From positions 124,131 through 188,130 of the forward strand of contig CAVQGA010000022.1 of assembly GCA_963711915.1 (NCBI GenBank): 64,000 nt of DNA. Direction: 5' to 3'. Source of the DNA: an uncultured Gemmatimonadales bacterium (GTDB taxonomy: Bacteria; Gemmatimonadota; Gemmatimonadetes; Gemmatimonadales; GWC2-71-9). Made by a program: the position numbers and the translations under genes. The notes under the pieces were generated by a model that did not search any database, was not told the origin of the DNA, and saw only the letters and a list, made by a program, of their open reading frames with translations. Of this stretch, positions 50,307-59,318 are shown one piece after another (the first letter of the stretch is position 1; every line of letters starts with the position of its first letter).

Positions 50307-52559
50307 CTATCGCCGCACTCGCAGATCGAGATCCTCGCCGACGATTTCCCGCGTGATCGGGAGCGAGCGGGAGGGGCGCGGCTGCTCGCTCCATCCGGCG
50401 TTCTCCAGCACGTCCGCGGTGAGATGATCCACCGCCTCCGCCTGCTCGGCGGTGCGCGCCGAGGAGGCGGCCAGATCGAGCCAGCCGAGCGCCTCGGTGT
50501 AGGCATAGCGCGCCGTCGCGCCCTCGGCAGCCAAGCGGGCGTAGCGGTACGCCAGCTCGCGCTCGCCGCCGCGGTCGGCGTGGCGGGCGAGCTCCCCCGC
50601 GACCGTCGGCGACCCGTCCTGCCCGAAGACCAGCTCCAGCGCGAGCGCCAGCGACCGGTGCACCTCGGTCCGGCGCGAGGCCGTCAGCCCATCACGCACC
50701 ATGTGCGCGATGACCGGGTGGACGCAGCGATAGGCCCCCGCCTCCTCCGCCACCAGATGCCGGTCCACGAGCGCGTCGCCGATGGCCGCGGCGTGCAGGC
50801 GGGAGATGCCGTGCACGTGGGAGAGGACCTCCGGGCGGCAGCCCCCGCCGCTCACGGCGATCGTGATCAGCACGTCCCGCAGTTCGCCTGGGAGCCGGTC
50901 CACCCGCTCGGCGATCACGTCCTGTACCGTCTGAGACACCAGGACCTCGTGGGATGCCCCCTGCTCAACCGGCGCCACGGTCCATTCCCCGGTCTGGGCC
51001 TCCATCGCCAGCAGCCCCTGGGCGAACATCGTCTTGAGCAGCTCGATGACGTAGAACGGGTTCCCGCCCGTGATCCGGAAGAGCCGGGCGGCGAACCGCC
51101 GGCCACCCGTCGGGGTGCTCACGTGCCCCATCTCGCGGACCAGTTGCCACACTTCGTCCTCGGACAGCGCGCTGAGTGAGACCACGTCGGCGTGGGCCTT
51201 GGCGCGGAGCACCCGGCAGAGCCGGGACGCGGGAGCATCACGCTCGACCTCGCCCAGCGTCAGCAGCCCCAGCCAGAGGACCGGCGAGCGCTCGAGCCGC
51301 CGGGTGATGAACCGGATCAGGTTGCAGCTGTCGTCGTCGCACCACTGGAAGTCGTCGATCACGACGGCCACCGGCCGCTCGGCCGAGATCGCCGCGAGCA
51401 CCTGCGCGCACCCCTCGAACAGCCGCCACCCCTCGCCCGGTCCCGTGTCGGCCGTGCCGGCCAGCGCGGGGAAGCGGTCGCGCAGCTCCGGAACGAGCCG
51501 GGCCACTTCCACGAGCCACTCGGCCGAGGTGCCGGCCAGCCCCGGCGCGTCGAGCGCGCTTCGGAGGACTTCGACAACCGGCTCGTACGGAAGCCCCGCC
51601 TGCCGGTCGTAGCTCCGGCCCCGGAGCACCGTTCCACCCTCGGCCACGACCCAACGCTGGAACTCGTCCGCCAGACGGGACTTCCCCACCCCCGATTCGC
51701 CCTCCACCAGGAGAATTCGGCCCTGCCCCCGGAACACACCCTTCCAGGCCGCGGCCAGCGCCTTCCACTGGGCATCGCGCCCGATGAGGCTGGCCTCGAA
51801 CGAGGGGGCATGGGCGTACCACTCGTCGGTGACCGGCCGGGACTCGGATGTCGCGTGGTCGGCCTCGACCCGCCGGACCAGCGCCTGCAGCGCCCGGCTC
51901 GGCTCGCAGCCGGTCTCGCGGGCCACCAGGCTCCGGAACTCGGCATACCGAGCAAGGGCGGCGGTGCGGTTCCCCGAGAGGTAGCGCGCCTCGACGGCGA
52001 GCTGGGCCGCTTCGTCGGACACGGGATCGCTCGCCAGCCAGCGATCCGCCAGCTCGACCGCATCGCGCCAGCGCCACTGCCCCATCGCCTCCCGTGCCAG
52101 GCGAGCGAGCGCCTGCTGGTACTGACCCAGCAGGCTCGTTCTGGTGGCCGCGACCCATTCGTCGAACTGCGGCGCCCGGCGGATCGAGAATCCCTCGAGG
52201 AACCGGGGCACGTCGAAGGCGACGGCGCGAGTGGGATCGCTCTCGAGCGCCGAACGGAACTCGACGACGTCGGACCCGAGGGGTGGCGCGAGCTCGATCA
52301 GCGACCGGTCCGCGTGGATCGTCTCGCCCAGCACCTCTCGGAGGTGCTTGAGCGCCTGCCGGAGCGACGCCCGCGCCTCGGCCTCGGGCGACTCGCCCCA
52401 GAGCAGCCCGGCCAGTGCTTCCCGGCTGTGCAGCCGCCGCTCGAGCGTCAGGAAGGCTAAGAGCGCCATGGGCTTGGCCCCAAGGGCGGGCACAACCGGC
52501 GCGCCCCCGGGCGTGGTCAGGAGCGGCGTTCCGAACAGGTGCAGCGTGTGTGTGGACAC
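50307..52559 (-). CDS. SARP-like transcriptional activator: wHTH plus BTAD plus AAA ATPase
   Basis: LHLFGTP..ALLAFL..SREALAGLLW..ARASLRQAL; FLEGF..FDEWV; TGCEPS; GESGVGKS, VIDDFQW, TGGNPFY. Confidence 0.9.
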   Translation of the reverse strand: MSTHTLHLFGTPLLTTPGGAPVVPALGAKPMALLAFLTLERRLHSREALAGLLWGESPEAEARASLRQALKHLREVLGETIHADRSLIELAPPLGSDVVEFRSALESDPTRAVAFDVPRFLEGFSIRRAPQFDEWVAATRTSLLGQYQQALARLAREAMGQWRWRDAVELADRWLASDPVSDEAAQLAVEARYLSGNRTAALARYAEFRSLVARETGCEPSRALQALVRRVEADHATSESRPVTDEWYAHAPSFEASLIGRDAQWKALAAAWKGVFRGQGRILLVEGESGVGKSRLADEFQRWVVAEGGTVLRGRSYDRQAGLPYEPVVEVLRSALDAPGLAGTSAEWLVEVARLVPELRDRFPALAGTADTGPGEGWRLFEGCAQVLAAISAERPVAVVIDDFQWCDDDSCNLIRFITRRLERSPVLWLGLLTLGEVERDAPASRLCRVLRAKAHADVVSLSALSEDEVWQLVREMGHVSTPTGGRRFAARLFRITGGNPFYVIELLKTMFAQGLLAMEAQTGEWTVAPVEQGASHEVLVSQTVQDVIAERVDRLPGELRDVLITIAVSGGGCRPEVLSHVHGISRLHAAAIGDALVDRHLVAEEAGAYRCVHPVIAHMVRDGLTASRRTEVHRSLALALELVFGQDGSPTVAGELARHADRGGERELAYRYARLAAEGATARYAYTEALGWLDLAASSARTAEQAEAVDHLTADVLENAGWSEQPRPSRSLPITREIVGEDLDLRVRR

Positions 52560-52599
52560 GGACGATCCCGAGGATGTACACCGAAGAACGTACCGGCGA

Positions 52600-52664
52600 T
52601 TTACGGAAGGGCAATAGGCAATCACGGTCTTTTCACGGAGACCTCATAGGTTGTCCCCCAGTCG
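52600..52664 (+). promoter_or_regulatory. SARP-type promoter of the peptide/export operon
   Basis: Heptamers TTTACGG 52600, ATCACGG 52621, TTCACGG 52632 (14- and 4-nt spacers); 8 nt to -10 TAGGTT 52647-52652; CCCCAGTCG follows. Confidence 0.65.
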
Positions 52665-52703
52665 GTGACGGTGATGGACCGCAGGCCACCCCAGGAGAGC
52701 CCC

Positions 52704-52874
52704 ATGTCAAACGCCAAAGATCAGATCCGGATCGAGCTGACCCCCGAACAGAAGGCCAGCATTCGCAGCACCACGGGCAAGGACGCCGAGGCGGTGGAGC
52801 TCTCGGTGGAGGAGCTCGAGGCCCGCATCGCTCCGACCAAGGTGCTCCACCCGATCCCGAAGAACCTGGGCTAA
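52704..52874 (+). CDS. 56-aa EELEARIAP-motif peptide (precursor-like)
   Basis: AGGAG RBS; MSNAKDQIRIELTPEQKASIRSTTGKDAEAVELSVEELEARIAPTKVLHPIPKNLG. Confidence 0.88.
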   Translation: MSNAKDQIRIELTPEQKASIRSTTGKDAEAVELSVEELEARIAPTKVLHPIPKNLG

Positions 52875-52916
52875 TCCGATTTCCCCATCTCGACCTTCAC
52901 TGAAACGGGAGCTATC

Positions 52917-53045
52917 ATGAGCAAGCACGACGAGCAGACCCGGACCCCCGAACAGCAGCCGAAGAAGCCCGTTCCGTCCAAGGACGTCGAGCTGGGCGTC
53001 GAAGAGCTCGAAGAGAAAATCGCTCCGATGAAGAAGTTCATCTAA
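52917..53045 (+). CDS. 42-aa EELEEKIAP-motif peptide (precursor-like; absent from ORF track)
   Basis: GGGAG RBS; MSKHDEQTRTPEQQPKKPVPSKDVELGVEELEEKIAPMKKFI. Confidence 0.85.
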   Translation: MSKHDEQTRTPEQQPKKPVPSKDVELGVEELEEKIAPMKKFI

Positions 53046-53060
53046 GCGACTCCCTCTTCG

Positions 53061-53122
53061 CGGTGCCCGCAGCGGGGCACCGGTCCGGGCTCCGGCTCTC
53101 CGTGTGGGAGGGCCGGAGCCCG
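53061..53122 (+). terminator. Tandem stem-loops between peptide genes and export genes
   Basis: CGGTGCCC..GGGCACCG and CGGGCTCCGGCTCTCC-GTGTG-GGAGGGCCGGAGCCCG; no U-tract. Confidence 0.6.
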
Positions 53123-53150
53123 TTGTCCACTCAGTCCATCATCCTGACAA

Positions 53151-55079
53151 ATGAGCGCTCCAGCGACGTCCACCGACGAGCTGCGTGAGGAAGTCGAGCG
53201 GCTGCGCCTGCTCCAGTCCATCAGCTTGGAGCTGGGCGCGTCGCTCGACTTCGACGAGCTGCTGCCCAAGGTCTTCCATCGGGTGCTCACCGCGCTGGGC
53301 GCGGAGGGCGGCTCGATCTGGATCACCGAGGGCGACGTGCTGCGCTGCCGGATCGCCCTGGGCGGACGGGGCGACCGGCTGGTCGGCGCCGAGGTTCCGG
53401 TGGGAACCGGGTTCGTGGGCGACGTCGCCCAGCATCAGAAGACCACCATGGTTACGCGCGCGGTCGAAGACCCGCGCTTCGACCCGGAGCTCGACCGCTC
53501 CAGCCAGACGATCGCGCTCAACGTGATGGCCACGGCGATGGTGACCGGCGGCGTCACGGTCGGCGCGATCCAGGTGACCAACAAGACCACCGGCAACGGT
53601 GTCTTCGACGACCGCGACCGCGACCTGCTCGAGGGCGTGGCCGCCTTCGCCGCCATCGCGCTCCGGAATGCCCAGCTGCACGCCGCCGAGAAGCGCGCCG
53701 GCGATCTGGCCCTCCTGCTCGACATCAGCCGCGAGATCACCGCGACGCTCGATCTCGACCGGGTGCTGCAGTCGGTCGTGAACCTGGCCTCGCGCGCGCT
53801 CCCATTCGACCGGGCCGCGGTGGCGCTCTACGAGAAAGGGCGCTGCGACATCCGGGCGGTGGCGGGCGAGGAGACGGTGGATCCCAAGGATCCCAAGCTG
53901 CAGGACCTGGTGGCGCGGGCCGAGTGGGCGGCGGGCCGGGGCGAGCCGCTCTATCTGGTGGAGCGCGTGGCGCCGGGCTCCGATGCCGAGCGAATGTTCG
54001 TGACCATTTTCGGCCAGGACCTCCAGACCGACACGGTCGAAAGCGGTCTCTATCTCCCGCTCAAGGACGAGGAGGGGGTGCTGGGCGTCCTGGTGTTCGA
54101 GTCGGCCACCGCGGACTTCGCCACGCCGACCCAGCGCGAGGTGGCCGCGATCCTGGCCAATCAGACCGCCGTGGCGCTCCGGAACGCGCAGCTCTACCAC
54201 CAGGTGCCGATGGTGGACGCGCTCGGGGCCCTGGCCGCGAAGCAGCAGGCGCTCCGTGCCATCCCCCGGCGGCGGCTCCGGATCTACGCCGCCATCGTCG
54301 CGCTGGCGGTCGCCGAGCTGGTCCTGGTGAGGTGGCCGCTCCGGGTCGCCGGGGAGAACGCCGTGTTTCGCGCGGGCGGCTACAGTCCGGTGCGGGCGAT
54401 CGTCGCCGGCGTGGTCGAGCGGATTCCGGTGCTCGAGGGCGGCGCCGTCGCGCGCGGAGCGCCGGTGGCGTACCTCCGCGCCACGTCGCTCCGGGCCGAC
54501 CGGGAGGCGACCGCCGCCGAGGCCGCCTCCGCCGACCGCCTGGCGTCGCTGGCCGCGAGCCGGGGGGACCCGTCCGAGGAACGGCTGCACCGGATCCGTG
54601 CCGACGCGCTCCGGCGCGAGACCGCGCTGCTCGACGAGGAGCTGGAGCTCACGACCCTCCGGGCGCCGGTGGGCGGCATCGTGCTGACGCCCCACGTCCA
54701 GGACCGGGTCGGCAGCTCGCTCGAGGAGGGCGACCTGCTGCTCACGGTCGGACGGATGGATTCGCTGGAGCTCGAGTTCGGCGTGGCGCAACGAGACATC
54801 GGCCGCGTGCGCCCGGGCCAGGAGATCCGGCTCCGGGTGGATGCCGCGCCGCAGCGCACGTTCACCGGGCGCGTGCGCAGCGTGGCCCCGCTTCCGGCCG
54901 ACAGCGGAAGCGATGTGATGTATCCGGTCCGCGCGGTCGTCGCCAACCCCGACGGCCTGCTCAAGCCGAGCATGGCGGCCTATGTCCGCGTGCTCACCGA
55001 TCCCGCCTCCGCGGCCACCCGGCTCCTCCGCGGGCCGGCCCGCTGGGCCCGTCTCCTCTGGTGGAGGATCTGGTCGTGA
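53151..55079 (+). CDS. GAF-GAF-TM-HlyD-type membrane fusion protein
   Basis: Two GAF domains (GTGFVGDV..DPRF; AAIALRNAQL, AVALRNAQL), TM, lipoyl-hairpin LRAPVGGIV, LLKPSM. Confidence 0.85.
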   Translation: MSAPATSTDELREEVERLRLLQSISLELGASLDFDELLPKVFHRVLTALGAEGGSIWITEGDVLRCRIALGGRGDRLVGAEVPVGTGFVGDVAQHQKTTMVTRAVEDPRFDPELDRSSQTIALNVMATAMVTGGVTVGAIQVTNKTTGNGVFDDRDRDLLEGVAAFAAIALRNAQLHAAEKRAGDLALLLDISREITATLDLDRVLQSVVNLASRALPFDRAAVALYEKGRCDIRAVAGEETVDPKDPKLQDLVARAEWAAGRGEPLYLVERVAPGSDAERMFVTIFGQDLQTDTVESGLYLPLKDEEGVLGVLVFESATADFATPTQREVAAILANQTAVALRNAQLYHQVPMVDALGALAAKQQALRAIPRRRLRIYAAIVALAVAELVLVRWPLRVAGENAVFRAGGYSPVRAIVAGVVERIPVLEGGAVARGAPVAYLRATSLRADREATAAEAASADRLASLAASRGDPSEERLHRIRADALRRETALLDEELELTTLRAPVGGIVLTPHVQDRVGSSLEEGDLLLTVGRMDSLELEFGVAQRDIGRVRPGQEIRLRVDAAPQRTFTGRVRSVAPLPADSGSDVMYPVRAVVANPDGLLKPSMAAYVRVLTDPASAATRLLRGPARWARLLWWRIWS

Positions 55080-56047
55080 CCCGCCCCGCCATCGCGCTGG
55101 CACTCCTGCTCGCCGCCTGCGGCGGCGACGCGCCGCGCCCGATCGAGACCGCCGCGACGCTGGCCTCCACCCCGGCCGGCGCGATCGCGACGGCCGAGAG
55201 CGTCACGGTGGACCGCCCGCTCTCGCTGCCCTCGCAGCTCTACGTGGAGCACGACGCGGCGGTCCTGGCCCGCTCCGGCGGCGTGGTCGAGGCCATCCTC
55301 GCCGACATCGGCACGCCGGTGGCGGCGGGCCAGGCGCTCGCGCGACTCGAAAGCACCGACCAGGAGATCGCGCTGGCACAGGCGCGGGAGCAAGCGTCCA
55401 ACGCCAAGCAGCGGGTCGAGCGCCAGCGCGCGCTCACGACCGCGGGCGTGGTGACGCGCGCCGATTCGGAGCAGGTGGAGTTCGAGAACCGGGCGGCGGA
55501 GCTCGCGCTCAGGAAGGCCCAGCGGGACTACGACCTCACCCGTATCGTGGCCCCGTTCGCCGGAGTGGTGACCGCGCGGATGGCGCGGGTGCAGCGGATG
55601 GTGCGGGACGGCGATTCGCTGTTCCGCGTCACCGCGCTGGCCCCGGTGCTGGCCACCGTGCGGGTGCCGGAATCGGCCGCGACGGGACTTCGGGTCGGGG
55701 CCAAGGCGCGGGTGCTGGGCGCGGGCGGCCGGAGCGCGGAGGGGCGCGTCATCCGCGCGTCGCCCGTGCTCGACGCGGCCAGCGGCACCCGCGAGGTGGT
55801 CGTCCAGCTCGCCCCCGGCGCCGGCGTCACCCCCGGCTCGAGCGTGACCGTGCAGCTCGGCGCCGAGCGGCACAGTGTGGTCGCGATCCCGCGGGCGGCG
55901 GTCGCCAAGGATGGCTACGCGCTCGTCTGGGACGACAACCGGACTACGCTCCGCCCCGTCACCCTCGGCGCCGACCTCGACGGCGGCCGGGTGGAGGTCG
56001 TGGCCGGGATCGCCGCCGGCGAAAAGGTCGTGCGGGCCGCCCCGTGA
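55076..56047 (+). CDS. RND-type periplasmic adaptor (MFP) lipoprotein
   Basis: LLLAAC lipobox, IVAPFAGVV, SPVLDAASGT, VEVVAGIAAGEKVV; GTGA overlap. Confidence 0.88.
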   Translation: MTRPAIALALLLAACGGDAPRPIETAATLASTPAGAIATAESVTVDRPLSLPSQLYVEHDAAVLARSGGVVEAILADIGTPVAAGQALARLESTDQEIALAQAREQASNAKQRVERQRALTTAGVVTRADSEQVEFENRAAELALRKAQRDYDLTRIVAPFAGVVTARMARVQRMVRDGDSLFRVTALAPVLATVRVPESAATGLRVGAKARVLGAGGRSAEGRVIRASPVLDAASGTREVVVQLAPGAGVTPGSSVTVQLGAERHSVVAIPRAAVAKDGYALVWDDNRTTLRPVTLGADLDGGRVEVVAGIAAGEKVVRAAP

Positions 56048-58092
56048 ACGGCGCGCCCCGGCTCCGCGCCGACCTGACGATCGTCGAGCAGACCTACCGC
56101 GGCGAACAGAGCTTCATCGTCAAGGACCCCAAGACCCGGAAGTATTTCCGGTTCCGGCCGGTCGAGGTCAGCGTGCTGCGCGCGTTCGACGGCAGCCGCG
56201 GCGCGGCCGACGTGGCCGCGGCGCTCGCGGCCGAGGGCTTCCGGCTGACCGCCGGCGCGATCGAGGGGTTCGCCGGAAAGCTCAAGACGATGGGGTTGCT
56301 CGAGCGTACCGTGGGCGAGCGCTCGGTGCTCATGATGGAGCGGCTCCGCGCGCAGCGACGCCAGCGCCTCGGCACGGCCTACCAGGGCGACATCTTCCGC
56401 ATGCGCTGGTCGATGGGCGACCCCGATCGCTTCATGGATCGCACGATCCCGTACATCCGGTGGATGTTCACGCGCGGCTTTCTGGTCGCCTCGGTGTTCC
56501 TGTTCGCCATCTACCTGCTGGTCATCGCCCTCAAGTGGCCCGAATTCACCACCGCGTTCGGCAACCTGTATCACTTCCGGTTCTCGGCGTGGGAGATGTT
56601 CGTCCTCTGGTCCACGGCCACGGGGATCATCGTCATCCATGAGCTGGGGCACGGATACACGTGCAAGTACTTCGGCGGCCAGGTGCACGAGATCGGCGCG
56701 ATGCTGCTGTACTTCGAGCCGGCGTTCTTCTGCAACGTCAACGATGCCTGGACCTTTCCCGAGCTCAAGGCGCGGCTCTGGGTCACGGCGGCCGGGTCGT
56801 GGATCCAGCTCGTCGCCGCCAGCCTCGCGGCCATCGTCTGGTGGGCTGCCGCGCCCGGCACGCTGCTCTCCCTGATCGCCCTCAGCGCCGTGCTGGTCGG
56901 CGGGGCCACGACGATCGCCATGAATGCCAACCCGCTCATCCCGCTTGACGGGTACTTCGCGCTCAGCGACTACCTCGAGGTACCGAACCTGCGGCAGCGC
57001 GCCTTCAAGCACCTGACCTGGGTGGTGAAGAGCAAGGTCTTCCGGCTCGACGTTCCGCAGCCTCCGGCGGACGAGCGGGAGCAGCGCATCTTTCTCATCT
57101 ACGGCCTGCTGTCGGCGTGGTACATCACGTCGATCATGCTCGTCGTGGCCGGCAGCGTCTACGGCTGGCTCGACCGCGCCCTCGGCCTGGCCGGCGGCGT
57201 TCTGTTCGCGCTCGGCGTGTGGCTGATGGCACGGGGCGCTGTCCGGACGTGGGTGGGCACCGCCGCCACGGCCTGGCGCGAGCTCCGGGCCCGGGCGGCG
57301 ACCCGGCGACTCCGCGACCGGCTGCTCCTGGCCGCGGCGCTGGTGATCGTGGCCGGCGCGCTCATCCCGCGGCCGATCACGGTGGTCGGCCGGTTCGCCG
57401 TGGCCCCGGCGTTCTCGGTACCGCTCACCGCCCCCGACAGCGGCGTGGTGTCGCAGGTGCTCGTCCGCGGAGGCACACGCGTCGAGGCCGGAATGCCGCT
57501 CGTGGTGGTCCGCGACCTCGACCTCGAGCGCGCCGCCCTCGCCACGGGGCGCACGGTGGATTCGCTCGAGGCGCGGGCGGCGCGGGCCCGCGCGGCGGGC
57601 CGGAATGACGAGGTCGCCAGCCTCGAGGCCGAGCGCGCCACGGCCCAGGCCCGGCTCGACGGCATGGTGGTGGAGCAGCGCGCGCTGACCGTGCGCGCCC
57701 TGGTCCCGGGCATCGTGACCACGCTCCGCCCCGAGGAGATGACCGGCCACTGGGTGAGCCTGGGCGAGCGGCTGCTCGAGCTGGGCCAGCCCGACTCGCT
57801 GGAGATCCGCATCGCACTGACCGACGCCGGCGCCACCCAGGTACGGCCGGGCCAGCCCGCCCGGCTGGTGTTTCATTCGGACGGAGGGACCCTCGCGGCC
57901 CGCGTGAGCGGAGTGGCGCCGGCGTCGGCGCTGGCGTCGGGCGCGGTCGAGGCGCGGGTGGGCATCCACGCCTCGGGGCGCTGGCGCCCCGGCATGACGG
58001 GGGAGGCCAGTGTGACGCTCCGCCGGTCGAATCTGTGGGGTGCCGTGTGGTGGGGCATCCGGCAGCGAGTGCGGACGGACATTCTCTTGTAA
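56044..58092 (+). CDS. PqqD/RRE-like N-domain plus M50 (site-2) metalloprotease plus HlyD fusion (YydH/EpeP-like)
   Basis: PRLRADL..IVKDPKTRKYFRF..FDG; HELGH zinc motif; NANPLIPLDGY; C-terminal adaptor RPGMTG. Confidence 0.85.
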   Translation: MNGAPRLRADLTIVEQTYRGEQSFIVKDPKTRKYFRFRPVEVSVLRAFDGSRGAADVAAALAAEGFRLTAGAIEGFAGKLKTMGLLERTVGERSVLMMERLRAQRRQRLGTAYQGDIFRMRWSMGDPDRFMDRTIPYIRWMFTRGFLVASVFLFAIYLLVIALKWPEFTTAFGNLYHFRFSAWEMFVLWSTATGIIVIHELGHGYTCKYFGGQVHEIGAMLLYFEPAFFCNVNDAWTFPELKARLWVTAAGSWIQLVAASLAAIVWWAAAPGTLLSLIALSAVLVGGATTIAMNANPLIPLDGYFALSDYLEVPNLRQRAFKHLTWVVKSKVFRLDVPQPPADEREQRIFLIYGLLSAWYITSIMLVVAGSVYGWLDRALGLAGGVLFALGVWLMARGAVRTWVGTAATAWRELRARAATRRLRDRLLLAAALVIVAGALIPRPITVVGRFAVAPAFSVPLTAPDSGVVSQVLVRGGTRVEAGMPLVVVRDLDLERAALATGRTVDSLEARAARARAAGRNDEVASLEAERATAQARLDGMVVEQRALTVRALVPGIVTTLRPEEMTGHWVSLGERLLELGQPDSLEIRIALTDAGATQVRPGQPARLVFHSDGGTLAARVSGVAPASALASGAVEARVGIHASGRWRPGMTGEASVTLRRSNLWGAVWWGIRQRVRTDILL

Positions 58093-58410
58093 CGAGGGCG
58101 GCCTGGCGGGTCGCTCCGATCGCCGCCGGCGGCCGCCCGTTCCGGAGGATCAGGCAGCCCCACCCTCCAAGTCCACCACGGGCGCCCCCCCGGGGACGGA
58201 CGAGCGGCCCGCGCGCACGCGGCCCCGAGTCCCGCCGCGGGAGTCATGGCCCCGAGCGGCCAAAACGCGCCAACCCGCTCACCCACCTCGCCGGCGACTC
58301 CCCACCCTGGTCCCACCGCACAGACCGATGCCCCTCCACGACTTGCGCGCGGGCCAGGATGTCGCAACCATTGGTGAGGACTCCACAAGGACCTGCGCAT
58401 CCGGCGCGAC

Positions 58411-59241
58411 ATGCTGGCCCTCGTCCGCCAGGCGTTCGAGGGGCGATATGAGGTCGAGCGAGAGATCGGGAAGGGTGGCAACGCCCGGATCTTTCTGGCG
58501 CGCGAGCCGGGAGGCCAGCCTGTCGCGCTCAAGATCCTGCACCCCGAACTGCTCGTCAGCGTGGCCGCGGATCGCTTCCTGCGTGAGATCAAGCTCGCCT
58601 CACAGCTCGACCATCCCCACATCGCGCATCTGCTGGACTCCGGCGAGCGGGACTGGCTGGTGTACTACGTCATGACCTACGTCGAAGGCGCCACGCTGCG
58701 CGAGTTCCTGTCGCAGCGCGGGCGGCTCTCGGTGGCCGATACTCTCCGGGTGGCCGACAACCTGCTCGACGCGCTCGAGCATGCGCACACTCACGGGATC
58801 ATCCATCGCGACGTCAAGCCCGAAAACGTCGTCGTCTCGCCGCGCGGGGCCGTGCTGCTCGACTTCGGCATCGCCCGCGCGGTGTGGGCGTCGGGCAGCG
58901 ACCGGCTCACCCGCTCGGGCATCGCGGTGGGCACGTCGACCTACATGAGCCCAGAGCAGATCACCGCGCTGCAGGAGATCGACCTTCGGAGCGACCTGTA
59001 TTCGCTCGCCTGCGTCCTGTACGAGTGCCTGGCGGGCCAGCCGCCGTTCGTCCACAAGAACGAGGCGGTCGTGCTGCAGCTCCATCTCACCCAGCCGGCG
59101 CCCGATGTCCGCACCATCCGGCCGGAGATTCCGGCCGAGCTGGCCGCGGGGATCGGCCGGGCCCTGGCCAAGACGCCGGAGGAGCGCTGGCAGACGGCGG
59201 CGGCGATGCGCGACGCGCTGGCCGCGGTGATGGTCGGGTAG
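58411..59241 (+). CDS. Stand-alone Ser/Thr protein kinase
   Basis: IGKGGNARIF, VALK, HRDVKPEN, DFG, YMSPE. Confidence 0.92.
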   Translation: MLALVRQAFEGRYEVEREIGKGGNARIFLAREPGGQPVALKILHPELLVSVAADRFLREIKLASQLDHPHIAHLLDSGERDWLVYYVMTYVEGATLREFLSQRGRLSVADTLRVADNLLDALEHAHTHGIIHRDVKPENVVVSPRGAVLLDFGIARAVWASGSDRLTRSGIAVGTSTYMSPEQITALQEIDLRSDLYSLACVLYECLAGQPPFVHKNEAVVLQLHLTQPAPDVRTIRPEIPAELAAGIGRALAKTPEERWQTAAAMRDALAAVMVG

Positions 59242-59318
59242 CGCCGGCCGCTCGACGGTTCCCTTCGGTCTCACCCGTTTATCTTCTCGCTGGACCCCAA
59301 CCGCACTGAGGCCTTCGC

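Noticed and set aside
52704-58092. Assignment as a pearlin, lanthipeptide or other known RiPP cluster
   Set aside because: No PEARL/LanB, radical SAM, YcaO or other modifying enzyme in the window; peptides lack Cys and have no double-Gly leader
58359-58411. Possible frameshifted N-terminal extension (MSQPLVRTPQGPAHPA) of the 58411 kinase
   Set aside because: The kinase domain is complete from ATG 58411; no independent support for the extension
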